Shown in pieces: positions 35,090-38,951 of a DNA stretch of 38,951 bases (its first letter is position 1; each line of letters begins with the position of its first letter). Below the pieces are notes generated by a model that made no database searches, had not been told where the DNA came from, and was given only the letters and a program-made list of their open reading frames with translations. Source of the stretch: Nemertoderma westbladi (taxonomy: Eukaryota; Animalia; Xenacoelomorpha); the NCBI GenBank assembly GCA_032718475.1, contig JAUCBJ010007994.1, positions 1-38,951 on the forward strand. Direction: 5' to 3'. Position numbers and translations under genes: made by a program.

Positions 35090-37255
35090 GCTACCCCTGT
35101 GCTATCATACTATCTACCTACTGCTTACTAACTCTAACTATCTAACTAACTCTGCTAACTACTAACTCTTACTACTTCTAGCTCTAACTGAGAGCCTCTA
35201 ACTTTCTACTGACTCTAACTCTCTACTAAGTCTAACTAACTCCTACTAACTTTCTACTTCTACTAACTCTACTTGACTCCTCTGAGTCTACCAACTCTGC
35301 TAACTAGCTCTACTAACTCTACTCCACTAGCTCTGCTAACTCTACTCCACTAGCTCTGCTAACTCTACTAACTAGCTCTACTAACTCTACTAACTAGCTC
35401 TACTAACTCTACTCCACTCTTCTAACTATGTGGCGCTTGCGGTGCCCACAACCCCTTTACTACTACTTCCCCCTACGTGGCGCTTGCGGTGCCCACAACC
35501 ACTCTACTATCTGGCACCCTATGTGCCCTCTCTACTACTCAACTACCTCTCTAACTCTACTACCTGGCACCCTATGTGCCCTCTCTGCTCTACTCTACCA
35601 CTTCTAACACTACTACCTGGCACCCTATGTGCCCTCTCTATTACCTCTAACTCTACTACCTGGCACCCTATGTGCCCGTCTCTACTACTCTACTCTATCT
35701 CTAACTTTACTACCTGGCACCCTATGTGCCCTCTCTGCTACTCTACTCTATCTCTAACTTACCTCCTTTACTACCTGGCACCCTATGTGCCCGTCTCTAC
35801 TATTCAACTCTCTGGCACCCTATGTGCCCTCTCTACTACTCTACTCTCTGGCACCCTATGTGCCCTCTCCACTACCTCTAACACTCTACTCTACTATCTG
35901 GCACCCTATGTGCCCGTCTCTACTATTCAACTCTCTGGCACCCTATGTGCCCTCTCTACTACTCCACTCTCTGGCACCCTATGTGCCCTCTCTACTACCT
36001 CTAACACTCTAACTCTACTACTTGGCACCCTATGTGCCCTCTCTACTCTTCTACTACCTGGCACCCAATGTGCCCGTCTCTACTCCTCTACTCCCCCTTT
36101 ACGTCTCATCGCCTACACGTGACGCTCTGAGCGCCGGCAGAGTGGGTACGTTAATCATGTGAACTACTACTGACTCTACTAACTCTACTAACTCTCTTCT
36201 AACTCTACTAACTCCTTTTGTGCCCGGCACCTCTTGTGCCCGGCACCTTCTAACTCTACTAACCCTACTAACTCCACTAACTCTCTACTAACTCAACTAA
36301 CTCTACTACTAACTCAACTAACTCTACTACTAACTCCTTTTGTGCCCGGCACCTCTCGTGCCCGGCACCCACCCTAATTAACATACCCTGCTCTTACATC
36401 AAACACATCATCACGCCCGTGCCCCACTAAGTTCGGCGCATTCCCTACTAACTCTAACTACGTGGCGCTTACGGTGCCCACAACCCTCTACTGCTACTAC
36501 TAACACCCCTAACTAGCGGTACTACGTACCCTCTTACTACTCTAGCTCTCTCTACTAGCTAGCGGTACAACGTACCCTCTTACTACTCTAGCTCTCTCTA
36601 CTAGCTAGCGGTACTACGTACCCTCTTACTCTTACTAACTCTCTAACGGTACTACGTACCCCTTAACTCCTACTCTCTAACGCTACTGCGTACCCTCTAA
36701 CTCTTACTCTAACTCCACTAACTAACGGTACTACGTACCCTCTAACTCTTACTCTCTAACGGTACTACGTACCCCTTAACTCCTACTCTCTAACGGTACT
36801 GCGTACCCTCTAACTCTTATTCTCTAATCGGTACTTACGTACCCTCTAACTCTAACTAACTAGCGGTACTTACGTACCCTCTAACTCTCTAACTAACTAG
36901 CAGTACTTACGTACCCTCTAACTCTAACTAACTAGCGGTACTTACGTACCCTCTAACTCTAACTAACTAGCGGTACTTACGTACCCTCTAACTCTAACTA
37001 ACTAGCGGTACTTACGTACCCTCTAACTCTAACTAACTAGCGGTACTTACGTACCCTCTTACTCTTACTAACTCTCTACGGTACTACGTACCCCTTAACT
37101 CCTACTCTCTAACGGTACTGCGTACCCTCTAACTCTTATTCTCTAATCGGTACTTACGTATCCTCTAACTCTAACTAACTGACTAACGGTACTTACGTAC
37201 CCTCTAACTCTCTAACTAACTAACTAACTCTTACTACCTAACTTCTACCTACTCT
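35090..37255. repeat. Array of short palindromic hairpins in C/T/A-rich low-complexity spacers
   Basis: 13 x GGCAC-CCTAT-GTGCC (35513-36075), about 19 x GGTAC-T(T)AC-GTACC (36518-37201) and 3 x GGCGC-TTRCG-GTGCC. Confidence 0.92.
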
Positions 37256-37282
37256 ATTATTTAATTATTTTCTTAATTTTAA

Positions 37283-38885
37283 TTAAATAATTATTTTATA
37301 TTTTGTGCGTGGGAAGGGCGTCTCGCCCTCATTCCCACCCCCCTCAGTCCAAAACTTTGGACGACTAAAAACTCTCACGTGCCCCTTCTTCCAGTAGGCA
37401 CTCTCCTGCTGCCCTCCTATACGTCCTCTAACTCTTCGCCACACTCTCTTCGGTGCTACCTTTGCTGGCCTCCCCCTTCGTATGTGCGCTGGCATTAGAG
37501 CCCTCGACGACCCCCGCTCGTCCCTCGGTATACGCGGTGTCTGCCCATGTAATGCCCCCTCGCACTGTGTCAGTCCTGCGTGTGTATGCAACACGCCTCC
37601 TTCTACTTTCCCGACTCCTTTATGTTTGCTCATGGGCTTCTCTGCCCCTGGTCTAGTCCTTTCACATCCTCTCCCTTTCCAACACTCTCCGGATCTGTGT
37701 CCTTTTACCACACATCGATGACATAGTCCGTTTGCGTCTGTGTAGGCTACACGATCTCGTTTGGGCAACGCTTGCCAGTACTTGCAACTCCTGGTCTTAT
37801 GGGTTCCGTCCCGATGTAATTGACATTGGAATCCTGGATTATAGCGTTTCCTGTATAGTCCTTCACGTATCGCGCTTAGGTTTATATGTACCGATTTAAT
37901 GTTTCGATTGTCTAGACTCGGCCTACTGGGTATATTGGGATTGTGTTTATTTATTGGTGTTATTTTCTTTCTGTCCCTGCCACGGTGTGGCCCTGCTACC
38001 AGCTAACTGTGGACTAGCAGTCCCCTGTACGGCCGCGTGTGGTGGTGACTGTCCGCACGACCTGTTCTCGTCCAGGGAGTTCGATGTTCTTGCTCCTATC
38101 GGGGTATATTGTCGATATTGTGATGGGGGAATGTCACCCTGTCCCCCCCCGGCCGGTATGTTTGGTACTGGGGTTGATGTTAATACATTGGGGCCCATAC
38201 GTCTATCTCCAATAACTCCCCCCTCCCCTGGATATATGTTATGTCCCTGTGTATTATAGTCATGCTGCTGTACCGATATAGGCCTACCTACCTCTCGCCT
38301 ACCTACCGGTATGTACTCCGCGACTTCCGGGTTTAATCCCGTCGTTCGCGCTACCCCATCGCCTACTCTATCTCTCCCAGCATGGCCTATAATAGTATGT
38401 GCAGTAAGGCCTACAGTATGTCCTGCAGTCTGCATGTGCCCTTCCGAACCGAAGTTTATTCTTCGCGAATCTCGAATCTCCCCGCGACTACCGTACTCTC
38501 GATCGGCAGCTATATCCCGTCGGGAAGCTTCTCTTCGATCCCCTCTCCTGTTCTCGACTTTGTATTGGTACCTCCTGTACCCCTCTCTTGGCGTGCGGTG
38601 CGTTTCTCCGGGGCGACGGCAATCTCCCGAAGTTCGACCCCACTGGCTCCCTGACTCCATCTCTACTATCGACGGTCCGTTATCCGTCCTCGCACTGCTA
38701 TCGTTCGTGGCGACACTTCTTCTACTATCTTCTCTTCTTCTCTTTTCTGTGTAGTATTCCGGCTCGTGAGGTCTCTCGTCGACCTCCCGGTTAAACTCCA
38801 CTGTTCTTCTTCCCTCTTCTGATCGGGCTCGACGCTTCGTCTGCCCTCTCGCGACGTCAACCTGCCTCTCTCTGCTCGATCGCAC
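37283..38885 (-). pseudogene. Gag-like coding region in two frames (shift near 37950-38000)
   Basis: FQCQLHRDGTHKTRSCKYWQALPKRDRVAY..GLCHRCVVKGHRSGEC BEL-type knuckles; the upstream Arg-rich ORF contains LNPEVAEYIP. Confidence 0.7.
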
Positions 38886-38951
38886 GCCGCTGGGGATACT
38901 CGCAATCCCCCTATTACTCTCCGTCGCCGGGTGTTGCGGTTTACCTGATTC

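Larger units (their letters stand above)
34177..38951 (-). mobile_element. Non-autonomous BEL-like LTR retroelement (gag remnant, no recognisable pol); runs off the window
   Basis: Gag zinc knuckles, then 2.5 kb with no protease, RT or integrase motifs, then PPT and LTR. Confidence 0.72.

Noticed and set aside
35430-37205. CRISPR array interpretation of the hairpin array, and ORF 35430-36122
   Set aside because: Repeats are only 13-17 bp, spacers are mutually related low-complexity sequence, there are no cas genes and the context is eukaryotic; the ORF is a repeat artefact.

Overview
AT-rich, repeat-dominated eukaryotic DNA, most likely from an invertebrate animal (spliceosomal introns; BEL/Pao, RTE, CRE, CR1-like and Penelope-like retroelements; CTCF-like motifs). 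Nothing here looks prokaryotic and there is no CRISPR system. Left to right: a minimal hammerhead ribozyme of the Penelope type (539-581); an APE-endonuclease LINE fragment; a truncated BEL/Pao LTR retrotransposon (~1670-10040, minus); a piggyBac-like non-autonomous end; three spliced exons of a host gene that the ORF track misses (12820-11511, minus); a CUB-like terminal exon; a 63/66-bp minisatellite; RTE fragments; an inverted, divergent pair of genes for a small Cys-rich type I membrane protein (18817-19251 minus, 23047-23466 plus) flanking a foldback-like element built from a 21-bp satellite plus an RT fragment; nested RTE and CRE fragments within a TIR element; a duplicated ~1.7-kb Helentron-like unit; and a gag-only LTR element (34177 to the end, minus) whose expected pol region is replaced by about 35 short hairpins with compensatory stem changes and G-free spacers. 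That array is the most unusual feature. All calls come from reading the sequence by eye; no searches were run and boundaries of degenerate elements are approximate.
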